This document shows, in pieces, positions 1 to 8,530 of a stretch of DNA of 33,615 bases. The translations under genes were made by a program, and so were the position numbers. The number at the start of each line of letters is the position of its first letter. Position 1 is the stretch's first letter. This DNA is from a virus (lineage: Duplodnaviria > Heunggongvirae > Uroviricota > Caudoviricetes): the IMG/VR virus record IMGVR_UViG_2563366821_000007; one strand, given 5' to 3'. The notes beneath the pieces were generated by a model that was not told the origin of the DNA, searched no databases, and saw only the letters and a program-made list of their open reading frames with translations.

Positions 1-74
1 TCCGTAACGCCTCTGCCACGCGCGTAACGTGACAGGGATTAAGGGTAAACTAACTGATTTTACAAGTTTTTATT

Positions 75-1361
75 TTACCCCACTTTCTTATGGGGCATAC
101 ATGGGACACTTTCAGATAGTCTTTTGTTAAGGAGTTCTATCTGTTCGTGATTGTTGTCTTTCATCCATGCTCCGTAAACATTGAATACCATTTGTGCGTT
201 TGTGTGGCCCATCTGGCTTGCGATAAAACTAGGATTAGCTCCAGCGGCAAGTGACCAGCATGCATAAGTATGCCTGGATTGGTACGATTTTCTGTGTCTC
301 AGACCTGCGCGTTTTAAGATACTTGTCCATGACTCCCTGATGGAGTCAACCTTATAGTGCGGTCCGGAAAACTGCCGCTGTTTTATTACCTGAGGACTAA
401 AAACAAAAGTGCATTTATGCACAGTACTTCTCCCATATTCCCTCTGCTTTACCTCTACAGAATGTTGCTTTCCAAGCATGGTCATTTCCGCCTGACTTTT
501 AAGAGCATCAATAGCTGGTTGAACCAGATGAATTGTCCTTCCGGTGCCAGCATCGGTTTTTGGTGGAGTGAATTCGCCAAGTTTTGTATAATTCCTACGG
601 ATGGTTATAGTCCTTGCTTTAAGATCTATATCTTCCCATGCCAGCGATACCAGCTCCCCGTGACGAATACCCGTGTATACAGCGAGAATCCACAGGTTTT
701 TTGTTTGTTGATGACGGCAAGCCTCAATAAAACGAATAAATTCGTCACGGGTGAGAGGATCTGGTTTTACCTTGGACTTTTTTAAGGGAGCCAGACCGTT
801 AAATGGGTTTCCTGAGGTATAACCATTATCTGTTGCAAATTGAAACATTCCAGCTATGGTTGTCATATAGTAGTTTACCGTGACCACTGAGCGCCCTTTT
901 ATGGAAGAAATCTTTCCATTAGAAAGCTTTTGGTAACCGGTCAACAAATCTCTCCTTGCGAAAAGTAAATCCTCTTTTGTTATGGATGAAACCAGTTTTT
1001 TCTCACCCAACATAGGCAACATGTTTTTAATTACTGACTGGTAACGATTAAGTGCATTCGCACAAATCTCAATTTTCTTAAGGTCCAACCATTTTTCCGA
1101 AAGTGCCTTAACGGTTATCTCTCTTTTTCCCAGACCAAAGTGTTTCAGGTTAGGGGAATTAGGGAACTGTGTGGCGTAGTCGAAACTCCCCATTCTGATT
1201 GCAAAACAAACGGAAGTGCGAAGTTCACCTGCGATCTTCCGGTTTTTGGCGGTGTCAGGAACACCGAGGTTTTCTCTGACACGTTTGCCATTATAGTGAA
1301 ACCATATACGGAGTGATCCTCCATGGTTTTCAACGCCTGTCGGGTATGATACGTTACTCAT
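75..1361 (-). CDS. int: Tyrosine-type site-specific integrase
   Basis: 428-aa ORF with C-terminal tyrosine-recombinase signature (Arg in TGIRHGE, H-x-x-R in SRHTYA, catalytic Tyr in VYGAWM); lies at the extreme left of a lambdoid gene order. Recognised by eye, no search run. Confidence 0.88.
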   Translation of the reverse strand: MSNVSYPTGVENHGGSLRIWFHYNGKRVRENLGVPDTAKNRKIAGELRTSVCFAIRMGSFDYATQFPNSPNLKHFGLGKREITVKALSEKWLDLKKIEICANALNRYQSVIKNMLPMLGEKKLVSSITKEDLLFARRDLLTGYQKLSNGKISSIKGRSVVTVNYYMTTIAGMFQFATDNGYTSGNPFNGLAPLKKSKVKPDPLTRDEFIRFIEACRHQQTKNLWILAVYTGIRHGELVSLAWEDIDLKARTITIRRNYTKLGEFTPPKTDAGTGRTIHLVQPAIDALKSQAEMTMLGKQHSVEVKQREYGRSTVHKCTFVFSPQVIKQRQFSGPHYKVDSIRESWTSILKRAGLRHRKSYQSRHTYACWSLAAGANPSFIASQMGHTNAQMVFNVYGAWMKDNNHEQIELLNKRLSESVPCMPHKKVG

Positions 1362-1394
1362 TAAACCTCCCAGACGTCCAGGAGCATTAACAGG

Positions 1395-1649
1395 TTAACC
1401 GGAACTTGCATTTTTGGCACCTGGTTGTTTCTGGTTTTCGATCCATCGCATAATTTCTTCGATGTTGTACAGGCATTCACTGTAATGCCCAGGATCACCT
1501 TCTACAGCGTAATGGCGGTATTCTTTTCCCTGCATCCATGACTTTCTCCTGGCCCGCTCGATGGTGCCGGGCTTTAGCCCTGTTGATGCAATAAGGACTC
1601 TCTCCGTACACCATTTGCTGGGGGTTATCTGATAGATGATTGTCTGCAT
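1395..1649 (-). CDS. Putative excisionase / small DNA-binding protein (Xis-like by position)
   Basis: 84-aa ORF immediately upstream of int on the same strand, ATG start at 1647-1649; assignment is by position and size only. Confidence 0.45.
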   Translation of the reverse strand: MQTIIYQITPSKWCTERVLIASTGLKPGTIERARRKSWMQGKEYRHYAVEGDPGHYSECLYNIEEIMRWIENQKQPGAKNASSG

Positions 1650-1667
1650 GCCAACCTCATAAAACTT

Positions 1668-1802
1668 TCATCCACGGCAGTGGCACCACACGTCAAACAT
1701 TCGCTTCACAACTTCACGACAGTAGAAACCGTCACCATCTTGCGTCAGGTCATAGCGATTGCCGTAACGCTGGTGGACCCATCGTTCAAATGCTTTATTC
1801 AT
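1668..1802 (-). CDS. Small hypothetical protein (44 aa, Cys/His-containing)
   Basis: Not in the ORF track (under 60 aa); ATG at 1800-1802 preceded by AGGAAG about 7 nt upstream, tightly packed after the stop of the gene at 1806; translates MNKAFERWVHQRYGNRYDLTQDGDGFYCREVVKRMFDVWCHCRG. Confidence 0.3.
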   Translation of the reverse strand: MNKAFERWVHQRYGNRYDLTQDGDGFYCREVVKRMFDVWCHCRG

Positions 1803-1805
1803 TCT

Positions 1806-2048
1806 TTACTTCCTTTTTATGGCTCGTAATTTTTTCAGGTGCTTTTCCTGCTCAGTATCCGCGAGAATTTTGCGGTACTCCTGGTGGTCAATATGTTCGA
1901 ACAGGCTGTTGAACTCAGTGATGCGTACCCGCCCGGAGCGCCCGTCCATCCTCCGAAAGAATACCGAGTGAACAGTACTGCGAGTAATTTTTACCGGGTA
2001 GCCAGCACTATCGGTGTATATCTGCCCGCGTTGAATCAAAGCGAACAT
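1806..2048 (-). CDS. Hypothetical phage protein (80 aa)
   Basis: Track ORF 1806..2084 begins at a TTG; first ATG (2046-2048) gives MFALIQRG... with a charged C-terminus; same strand as the left operon. The overlapping plus-strand ORF 1839..2315 was rejected. Confidence 0.45.
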   Translation of the reverse strand: MFALIQRGQIYTDSAGYPVKITRSTVHSVFFRRMDGRSGRVRITEFNSLFEHIDHQEYRKILADTEQEKHLKKLRAIKRK

Positions 2049-2132
2049 GTGGTTATCCCCATCGACAAATCGAGAACACAACAAACGCTGCTGCGAATAC
2101 CACCCCCAGAGTTACGATTGCATCAGGCCAGC

Positions 2133-2678
2133 TCATTGATTCACCTCCTGCGGCGGTTCTGGCAGCGGCATCCAGTGGGTTACCTCCTTGAGATACAGGT
2201 CTTCGCCATCACCGTCATCCCAAGTGGGCTTGCCATCATTAAACCAGTCGCCATATACGCCGACCTGAGTGTTGGGGATGTTTGGTGGGTAGTTGTTTTT
2301 AAAGTCAGCAGCTAACACATAGCATTGTCGCTCTCCCATTTCTGGCATTCGCTCACTACAGCTTATCCAACTCTCCGGAGTTACCGGAGAGTTGCCAGCC
2401 TCATACGCCACACGCATCCAGTGCATAAGCGTTTCAGTGCTCACACAGCCGCAATCAACATCAATTTTGCCGTGCTGCTGTTCCAGCCATTGCTCAAAAG
2501 TTAACTTGTAAGTTTGGCTTACAGGTTCTGCACTATCAGCTTCGCGCCGCTTCTGTAGCTCTGCTGCCATCGCTCTCACGACTTCAACTGGTGCCCTTGC
2601 CGCAAACTCTATGTTGGTGATCAGCTCATTAAGATATTGCTCGCCTGGATACTGTTTCTTATCGGTTATAGTGGTCAT
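2133..2678 (-). CDS. DUF551-like phage protein
   Basis: 181 aa; C-terminal THWMPLPEPP motif characteristic of DUF551 family proteins of lambdoid early regions; ATG overlaps the upstream stop (ATGA). Confidence 0.6.
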   Translation of the reverse strand: MTTITDKKQYPGEQYLNELITNIEFAARAPVEVVRAMAAELQKRREADSAEPVSQTYKLTFEQWLEQQHGKIDVDCGCVSTETLMHWMRVAYEAGNSPVTPESWISCSERMPEMGERQCYVLAADFKNNYPPNIPNTQVGVYGDWFNDGKPTWDDGDGEDLYLKEVTHWMPLPEPPQEVNQ

Positions 2679-3190
2679 GCTGCGTTTCCTTCTTTCTTAT
2701 TAACAATTACACCGTCATATATTTCATTAAGGTGTCCTCTTAGCTCCATGCGCCTTAATGCAGATAACATGTAATCGCATTCAACCTGCTTATTCCCAGT
2801 AAATGGCTTATCGTCAGAATTACCCCAACAGCAATTACCCCTGGGCCATCCATGTACTTTCCGTACTCTTCCGTTAACAACGTGAAGTAATCCCCAGCCG
2901 GGAGGTAAATCCTCAACTGAAATAATTTCCGGCTCACTAATAAAGAATCGCCAGTCGCCCATGCCAAGTGAGGGATTTTTACGGAAACGCTTTTTTCTAT
3001 CTGCCAACAAGTCAGCACGAGAACACTTCGCCTCTATCAGGCATGATGCTGAATTTCTGAATCCCATAGCATCTGGCTGTTCTCCGGTACTGGTTACAGC
3101 AACAAAGCGGTCATGAAAGCAAACCTTGAACCCGTTGCGCTTAAGGAACTTGTACGCAATCTGACAGAGTTCGTGGTGTGTTAACGCCAT
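2675..3190 (-). CDS. Hypothetical protein with PD-(D/E)xK-like nuclease motif
   Basis: Start reset to ATG 3188-3190 (MALTHHEL...), preceded by the conserved AAAGGAGAGTGAT junction; contains QPDAMGF...LIEAKCS resembling a PD-x(n)-E-x-K nuclease core. Function is inferred from the motif only. Confidence 0.5.
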   Translation of the reverse strand: MALTHHELCQIAYKFLKRNGFKVCFHDRFVAVTSTGEQPDAMGFRNSASCLIEAKCSRADLLADRKKRFRKNPSLGMGDWRFFISEPEIISVEDLPPGWGLLHVVNGRVRKVHGWPRGNCCWGNSDDKPFTGNKQVECDYMLSALRRMELRGHLNEIYDGVIVNKKEGNAA

Positions 3191-3191
3191 A

Positions 3192-3632
3192 TCACTCTCC
3201 TTTCCCATGAAGCATGGCGGCGCGGCAGGCGTTCCATATTTCGGCAGCAATATCGCGCTCGCTATCGGTTAATTTGTACGTGGAAACATAGCCAGAGAGC
3301 ATTTCTACGTTTTCCGGAGTTGCTTCTTCCGGCACTACCGGCGCTGGCAAGGCAGCGTGATAGTAGAGTGGCATAGTTTTGTACAGTGGTTCGCCAGGAC
3401 TTCCGTCAACCTGATTCCATTCTTCAACCCAGGCATCAACAACCGCTTTGCTGGTTGATACATGTTCTTCTGAATCTACATTTTGTCCTGATATACAGAA
3501 CATAACTGCTTCTGCTTCCAGCGATGCCAGTGCGATTTCATAAGCCCGACGCTCAATATTGTCTCGGACGTCCAGGCTGCCTATACGCTCTTTGATTTCT
3601 TTAATCAGTTCTTTGTCGGTTAAAGTGGTCAT
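3192..3632 (-). CDS. Hypothetical phage protein (146 aa, acidic)
   Basis: ORF-track entry, ATG start at 3630-3632; ends ...HGKGE immediately before the conserved junction sequence; no recognisable domain. Confidence 0.55.
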   Translation of the reverse strand: MTTLTDKELIKEIKERIGSLDVRDNIERRAYEIALASLEAEAVMFCISGQNVDSEEHVSTSKAVVDAWVEEWNQVDGSPGEPLYKTMPLYYHAALPAPVVPEEATPENVEMLSGYVSTYKLTDSERDIAAEIWNACRAAMLHGKGE

Positions 3633-3838
3633 TTGTTAATCCTCAAAACTTTATGCCCGGGCGCAAAAGCACGCGTTTTGTCTTTGCTTATTCGCCAGCC
3701 ATCCTTGCGCGCCTCTTTTGCACAACCAGACCATGACGTACCGATATACTCACCGAAGTCTGGCGACTTATATTTGCCATCTGTACACTGGAGGCAGTCA
3801 CAATAGAGATGCATGGTGTAACTTGCGGCAATAGCCAT
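3629..3838 (-). CDS. Hypothetical small Cys-rich protein (69 aa)
   Basis: Start reset to ATG 3836-3838 (MAIAASYTMHLYCDCLQCTDGKY...), preceded by the conserved junction with AAGGAG Shine-Dalgarno. Confidence 0.5.
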   Translation of the reverse strand: MAIAASYTMHLYCDCLQCTDGKYKSPDFGEYIGTSWSGCAKEARKDGWRISKDKTRAFAPGHKVLRINK

Positions 3839-3839
3839 A

Positions 3840-4034
3840 TCACTCTCCTTTAGTGCGCAAATGGTTTTTCCAGCGGTTTTGCGCCGCGCTGGGCTTTTTG
3901 CAAAAACCACAATCCATCATCCCGTAATATTTCATCAACCCCATCCGTCGGTTGCTGAGTCTCACCCACTGCCAGACGCCAGGAGCGTTTCTACGAACTA
4001 ACAGAATCTTTGCTTTACGGTTGTTGGTTGCCAT
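3840..4034 (-). CDS. Hypothetical small basic protein (64 aa)
   Basis: ATG at 4032-4034 preceded by the same conserved junction; ends ...RTKGE. Confidence 0.5.
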   Translation of the reverse strand: MATNNRKAKILLVRRNAPGVWQWVRLSNRRMGLMKYYGMMDCGFCKKPSAAQNRWKNHLRTKGE

Positions 4035-4035
4035 A

Positions 4036-4635
4036 TCACTCTCCTTTGATGCGAATGCCAGCGACGCGTAATGCGTGTTCTAGGTCAATCAGGTAAAGCC
4101 AACTGCCATTTTCTTTAGGTATCATGACATGTCGCTCATCTGCATTTATCGGGTGTCCATATCGAAGGTCGTAGCGAGTCGGTAATTGAACTTCCCGCGC
4201 TTCCAGTTCAGCAATACGCTTGCACCCATCAGAGATAACTCCCTCGTAATACTCGCGCTGCTCGTTGAGTTTTGATTTTGCTGCTTCAAGCTCAACGAGC
4301 AGCTTCCCAACCGTAAGCGCAATATCCTCGTTCTCCTGGTCGCGGCGTTTGATGTATTGCTGGTTTCTTTCCTGTTCATCCAGCAGTGCCAGCACGGTAG
4401 CCGGGTTAGCCTCTGCTATGAATTCAGCGTTTGCATAAGCCTGAGCATCTGATTCAATCAGGCAGTTAACATGACATTCCGCAATCACGCCACCGGGTTC
4501 TCCTTTCCATTTTTGACAAACAAAAACTCCTGTTAAATTGCCGTGCTGGTTAACAGATGTATGCCCTACGATGTAGCTTCCTTTAGTTGCTTTCTCTGCC
4601 TTTTCACGCAGTGCCTGATAGTTAATCTCGCTCAC
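4036..4635 (-). CDS. Ead/Ea22-like phage protein
   Basis: 199 aa, GTG start with GGAGG 7 nt upstream; N-terminal INYQALREKAEKAT and central coiled-coil resemble Ea22-like proteins of lambdoid early-left regions; paralogous to 4853..5440. Confidence 0.65.
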   Translation of the reverse strand: MSEINYQALREKAEKATKGSYIVGHTSVNQHGNLTGVFVCQKWKGEPGGVIAECHVNCLIESDAQAYANAEFIAEANPATVLALLDEQERNQQYIKRRDQENEDIALTVGKLLVELEAAKSKLNEQREYYEGVISDGCKRIAELEAREVQLPTRYDLRYGHPINADERHVMIPKENGSWLYLIDLEHALRVAGIRIKGE

Positions 4636-4856
4636 TCTTCATCCTCCAAGTCGGCAACGGCGTCCATCACATCAGAACCGCGAATAACCTCAAAAGCACG
4701 GCAGGCCATTTGAAATACCAGTTGCTCTTGCGGGTGAGGAGACTCCCAATATTTGAAGCCTGGGCGATGCGTGTACCCCATCATTGAATAAAAATCACCA
4801 GCAAGCTTAATCGCGGCATCGACAAGCTCTCTGTTAGTCATTCTTTTTCCGCTCAC
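4632..4856 (-). CDS. Hypothetical small acidic protein (74 aa)
   Basis: GTG start overlapping the upstream stop (GTGA); ORF-track entry; no domain recognised. Confidence 0.5.
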   Translation of the reverse strand: MSGKRMTNRELVDAAIKLAGDFYSMMGYTHRPGFKYWESPHPQEQLVFQMACRAFEVIRGSDVMDAVADLEDEE

Positions 4857-5440
4857 TGGTTGCCTCCTTTGCGAAGCTGGGCGGCTAACTCATCACATAT
4901 GTGCGTCAAAGAACAAAGTTTGATTGATGGATGTTCGCGCATCATCTCTACCCCCTGCGCCCGCACTTCAGACAGGAAAGCATCGGTGGCTGGCATATTT
5001 CCTGTTGCCTTCATTGCTTCCAAAATAACCAGAACGCCATCTCGCCCAATCTCCTCGCAGATAACCTCGGTGCTGTCGCCAACAACATCGCAAAATGCCT
5101 GAACTGCTTTACGAGCCAGCGCATTCTCCGCCACCAGCGCCGCGAGATTAGTCTCAAGCTCTGCAATTCGACACATAGCATCAATATTTGTGTCCTCCAG
5201 GCGCTTAATTTCACCAAGCAGCTCCAGTGCAACCTTTGGGTTGAACGCGGCAACATGACGAGCGTTGTTCTCTGCATTTTTCTGTCCATCAAAGCCGGTC
5301 CATTTGATAACGTCTTCACATCGTTCATCACCGGGCGTGTGCACCGCATAAGTACCAGTATCCGTCGAAATAAATGCGACCCATTCGTCTGGTGTTGCCT
5401 TTTCTGCCGCCTCACGCAGTACCTGATAGTCAATTGTCAT
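4853..5440 (-). CDS. Ead/Ea22-like phage protein (paralog)
   Basis: Start placed at ATG 5438-5440 (MTIDYQVLREAAEKAT), which aligns with the paralog N-terminus and overlaps the upstream stop (ATGA); coiled-coil middle. Confidence 0.65.
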   Translation of the reverse strand: MTIDYQVLREAAEKATPDEWVAFISTDTGTYAVHTPGDERCEDVIKWTGFDGQKNAENNARHVAAFNPKVALELLGEIKRLEDTNIDAMCRIAELETNLAALVAENALARKAVQAFCDVVGDSTEVICEEIGRDGVLVILEAMKATGNMPATDAFLSEVRAQGVEMMREHPSIKLCSLTHICDELAAQLRKGGNQ

Positions 5441-6081
5441 TCTCGCCATCCTTCACAGTTGTAATCACTACAGCCTTCAAAATCATATGGGCTGTACTGC
5501 CAGGTTATTTTTCCGCAATGCGGACAATTCCAACGCACCTTCCCGCTTCGCGACTTCTTTCTTCTGTTCTGCTCTTTCAACCAGTCAGGCATGACCAAAC
5601 CTGCGCCCTGAACCATTGTTCTGCGGTTAAAGTTATTGATATTGAACGTCCGGCGCTTTGCTGCATCAGCAATGGAAAATGGCAACCAAACTATTCCTGG
5701 TTCGTTTTTGTTGGCGACGCTAAAGATGGTCGCTTTACTGAAGTCATCTGTTGGCAATCCACCGTGTTGAAGCCAGTAAACATCATTGCCGTTCCAGCTA
5801 CCTTTTTTGTAGGCCACATACGCAGTGCAATCTGACTCAATCAGGCTTTCTGTAGGGATGTACTGGCAATCAACGTGCCACACTGCCATTGCATCCACGC
5901 TATCCGCGCAAACAGGCTGATCGATATCTCGCCCACAATTCCAGGCTTTTTGGGCTTCTTCCAGCGTGTAAACATGAGCGCGATCGATATCAGAACTGTA
6001 ACCATTGCCGTTATGGCAATGGAATGAGGCGTTATTACCCACAGTTTCACGCAAGCACATCATGTAAAAACGGTTACTCAC
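5437..6081 (-). CDS. Hypothetical Cys-rich protein with C-terminal zinc-ribbon-like motif
   Basis: GTG start at 6081 six nt after AAGGAGG; C-terminus NCPHCGK...CSDYNCEGW suggests a Zn-ribbon; function unknown. Confidence 0.55.
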   Translation of the reverse strand: MSNRFYMMCLRETVGNNASFHCHNGNGYSSDIDRAHVYTLEEAQKAWNCGRDIDQPVCADSVDAMAVWHVDCQYIPTESLIESDCTAYVAYKKGSWNGNDVYWLQHGGLPTDDFSKATIFSVANKNEPGIVWLPFSIADAAKRRTFNINNFNRRTMVQGAGLVMPDWLKEQNRRKKSRSGKVRWNCPHCGKITWQYSPYDFEGCSDYNCEGWRE

Positions 6082-6317
6082 TGGATGCCTCCTTGGTGGA
6101 GTTGCGCTGCGATGCACGAAAAAAAAGACTCCCGTGTATGACTGTTAAGAGCTGGTGCGAACGCCTCGTTAAGAACGGCGGCATCACAGCCGTCATCAAT
6201 ATAGAGCGCAATTTTTTTCTCCAGGCGCGCTTTGGCTTCCTGCAACTGCATACCCCGGCACGCACGCGGGATATAATCAGCAATTTGAGCGATAGCTTTT
6301 TCGTTCTGTTTAAACAT
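6078..6317 (-). CDS. Hypothetical small protein (79 aa)
   Basis: ATG at 6315-6317; stop overlaps the next start (GTGA); ORF-track entry. Confidence 0.5.
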   Translation of the reverse strand: MFKQNEKAIAQIADYIPRACRGMQLQEAKARLEKKIALYIDDGCDAAVLNEAFAPALNSHTRESFFSCIAAQLHQGGIQ

Positions 6318-6513
6318 GCTTCACCTCGATAGGCTTGATGGTGTCTAACAGCAGTCGGCGGCGCGTATTTTCTGCAAAATGGCGGCGTCCAGTTTCTTTG
6401 TGGTAAAACTCGTTTTTGCCAACGACCCACATCCGCTTTGTCTGGTGCAGTTTTTTTACCTGCGGACCGTCTCGGGTGATAACAATTCCTGTATGAGTTT
6501 TTATCACGCTCAT
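6310..6513 (-). CDS. Hypothetical small basic protein (67 aa)
   Basis: ATG at 6511-6513 overlapping the upstream stop (ATGA); ORF-track entry. Confidence 0.5.
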   Translation of the reverse strand: MSVIKTHTGIVITRDGPQVKKLHQTKRMWVVGKNEFYHKETGRRHFAENTRRRLLLDTIKPIEVKHV

Positions 6514-6872
6514 TTTTTATTCTTCGGTGCTTTCGGCATTACTGCCCAGTGAGTGATATTGACGTTTTCAAGGTCCCCGACCTGAAATGTCCACAGCCAT
6601 TCTCCGGTTTCTTTTTGTCCCCAGGTGTACCAGAGAGAACGCCAGCCAATTAGCCAGCCTTCTCCGTTAGCATCAAATAACAGAACACTTTCATTTGCTG
6701 GCGGCAGTTCAGCTGACACTGGTATTATTTTGTTTTCCAGTGCCGCACATTTAGCTTCAAGCGCATCGAATTTACGTACCAGGTACTCAGCATTTGTTTC
6801 ATTCACTTTCAGATCTCGTGGTACACATTTCCCGCGAAGAACCCCTTCCATTTCGAAAACATTCATGCGCAT
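6510..6872 (-). CDS. DUF551-like phage protein (second copy)
   Basis: 120 aa; C-terminal ITHWAVMPKAP resembles the DUF551 C-terminal signature seen in 2133..2678. Confidence 0.55.
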   Translation of the reverse strand: MRMNVFEMEGVLRGKCVPRDLKVNETNAEYLVRKFDALEAKCAALENKIIPVSAELPPANESVLLFDANGEGWLIGWRSLWYTWGQKETGEWLWTFQVGDLENVNITHWAVMPKAPKNKK

Positions 6873-7399
6873 TTGCGTAACTCCGATAACTCGTTAAAAC
6901 GTTCCATAAACATCCCGTAGGCATGGCTCGGAGCCAGTGGAATAACTTTGAACATTTCTGTTGCCGGGATACCTTCCAGTACTGGCCAGAAAGAGCCATC
7001 ATCAAGCCCGAGATCGCGGCGTTCGGTTGCCAGCATGATGAGATCGGCATATTTCACAGGCGTGCGCATAACCGGGGGTAACCCGTATTTCTCACGGATT
7101 ACGGCGTCTATTTTTTCTTCCATCCGTTTATAGTCAGGAAGAAGGCGTTTCAGTGGAGCGGGAATATCCTGGCAATACGCTTCTGTTGCATCATGCATTA
7201 ACGCTTCAAAAGCAAATTCCTGCGGCACCAGCTGGCTGCAAAGCACCGCATGCTGGGCGACACTGTAGAAGTGTGAAAGATGTCCTGCAAAGCGACAGAT
7301 ATTTGAAAGGGAAACCGCGATATCGTTAATCACGATGTCGTCTTTATTTATCTTGTCATAATAAAAATGCTTCCCGGAAAAAGTTTTAATAAATGACAT
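6863..7399 (-). CDS. HD-domain phosphohydrolase (YfbR/YfdR-like 5'-deoxynucleotidase family)
   Basis: Start reset to ATG 7397-7399 (MSFIKTF...) with GGAG upstream; motifs FAGHLSHFYSVAQHA and ALMHDATEAY fit the HD metal-binding H...HD pattern. Confidence 0.65.
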   Translation of the reverse strand: MSFIKTFSGKHFYYDKINKDDIVINDIAVSLSNICRFAGHLSHFYSVAQHAVLCSQLVPQEFAFEALMHDATEAYCQDIPAPLKRLLPDYKRMEEKIDAVIREKYGLPPVMRTPVKYADLIMLATERRDLGLDDGSFWPVLEGIPATEMFKVIPLAPSHAYGMFMERFNELSELRKCA

Positions 7400-7442
7400 T
7401 TCGTTCTCCACTTTATATGCGCTGCACCGCTCTGAATTTTGG

Positions 7443-7491
7443 TTGCAGCAATCCAGCCCATTTGACATGGGATGATTGCTGCAATTTTTTT
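7443..7491 (+). terminator. Intrinsic-terminator-like hairpin (11-bp perfect stem, T7 tail on plus strand)
   Basis: TTGCAGCAATC (7443-7453) and GATTGCTGCAA (7474-7484) are perfect reverse complements, followed by TTTTTTT; lies between the rdgC-like stop and the HD gene start, oriented to stop rightward (antisense) transcription. Confidence 0.4.
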
Positions 7492-8407
7492 AAGTTGTTG
7501 GATTTTGGCTTTTATCTTCTTTGTAAGAAAGAAGGTCACACATCAAATTAACTACCTTGCTGAATTGGAAAAGGTCAGCGCCAGTCTGATGACGCCACTG
7601 GAATGCTTTATCATCTTCATCATTAAATGTCTGAGATTGAGTATTGATGCGCGAAAAATGGAAATTTTCGGTAAGAATGAAGGTCACACCGCAACCGGAT
7701 AACTCCATTTTATCAGCAGTGAAACTACTACTAAGGCTATCGGCCAGTTCGCTTTGAATTGACTCATGCTCAGCTGAGTAGCGAATAATTTCCTTTTGAT
7801 CTGCGTAGCGTGATAGCTGAATATAATTTCCGACAGTGAATCCTTCAAATGCATTGGCTGCACCATTGATGTAGTTATTCAGGCGTGTAGTCAGTCCATT
7901 CTTGATATCACTGATGTTGATTGTTTCTGTTTTCACTGAACCGACAACCTTAATCAGCATTGCGCATACCATACCGGCTATTATTTTATTGGTTGTGTTG
8001 ATTACCAATAATTTCTCATCAGTGCTGTACAATGCAAGAATCAGAGTAGACTTAACAAATGCCTGTTTGCATAGATCTACTCGTACGTTATCAATAATGG
8101 CCAGTCGTTCGGCACGCTTTAATTTATTCCCGGACATATTTTCGGTTGTTTGGATTCGAGAATTAGCTTCTTTCATGACGACATGTCGGGGAATTATTTT
8201 CTGATCATGACGGATTACCATTGCGTACCCACCAGATATCGGAGTTACCAGTTCACCAGTGACAGGATTCTCTACAAAAGAGGACCGTGAAAATTCTGTT
8301 TCCCCGATTTCAGAATAAGGGAGTTCGAGAAGATGACCTTCAATAGCCTGTATACTAGGTAATGTTGCTCGGTACACAATTGCGTTACGAAATTTTGGTA
8401 ATTTCAT
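7490..8407 (-). CDS. rdgC: RdgC-like recombination-associated protein
   Basis: Start reset to ATG 8405-8407 (MKLPKFRNAIVYRATLPS), resembling the RdgC N-terminus (MLWFKNLMVYRL...); about 305 aa as expected for the family; AT-rich. Confidence 0.6.
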   Translation of the reverse strand: MKLPKFRNAIVYRATLPSIQAIEGHLLELPYSEIGETEFSRSSFVENPVTGELVTPISGGYAMVIRHDQKIIPRHVVMKEANSRIQTTENMSGNKLKRAERLAIIDNVRVDLCKQAFVKSTLILALYSTDEKLLVINTTNKIIAGMVCAMLIKVVGSVKTETINISDIKNGLTTRLNNYINGAANAFEGFTVGNYIQLSRYADQKEIIRYSAEHESIQSELADSLSSSFTADKMELSGCGVTFILTENFHFSRINTQSQTFNDEDDKAFQWRHQTGADLFQFSKVVNLMCDLLSYKEDKSQNPTT

Positions 8408-8441
8408 TCTATTTTCCTCTGCACAATGTATTAGTTTCTCC

Positions 8442-8530
8442 ACAAAACAGAGAAGAACACCTGCGGTGGCAGCCGCCCGGATGGATTGGGTTATGAGCCC
8501 GTCGTCCGGTGATGCTCTTCTCTGTTTTGT
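8442..8530. repeat. Inverted repeat with 15-bp perfect arms and 59-bp spacer
   Basis: ACAAAACAGAGAAGA (8442-8456) and TCTTCTCTGTTTTGT (8516-8530) are exact reverse complements; the spacer has its own CCGGA/TCCGG stem; located just upstream of rdgC in a non-coding stretch. Confidence 0.5.

Noticed and set aside
1-74. attL core at the left edge next to the integrase
   Set aside because: The window has no second att copy to compare and no tRNA or tmRNA fragment is recognisable in the first 74 bp, so I could not define an attachment site.
1839-2315. Plus-strand 158-aa ORF overlapping the DUF551 gene and neighbouring minus-strand genes
   Set aside because: Antisense to well-supported minus-strand genes in a leftward operon; translation is low-complexity and Pro/Leu-rich with no ribosome-binding site.
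4931-5464. Plus-strand 177-aa ORF and minus-strand 140-aa ORF (5011..5433) overlapping the Ea22-like gene
   Set aside because: Alternative frames of a gene whose own frame shows a recognisable paralogous protein; these translations are Arg/Cys-rich and non-protein-like.
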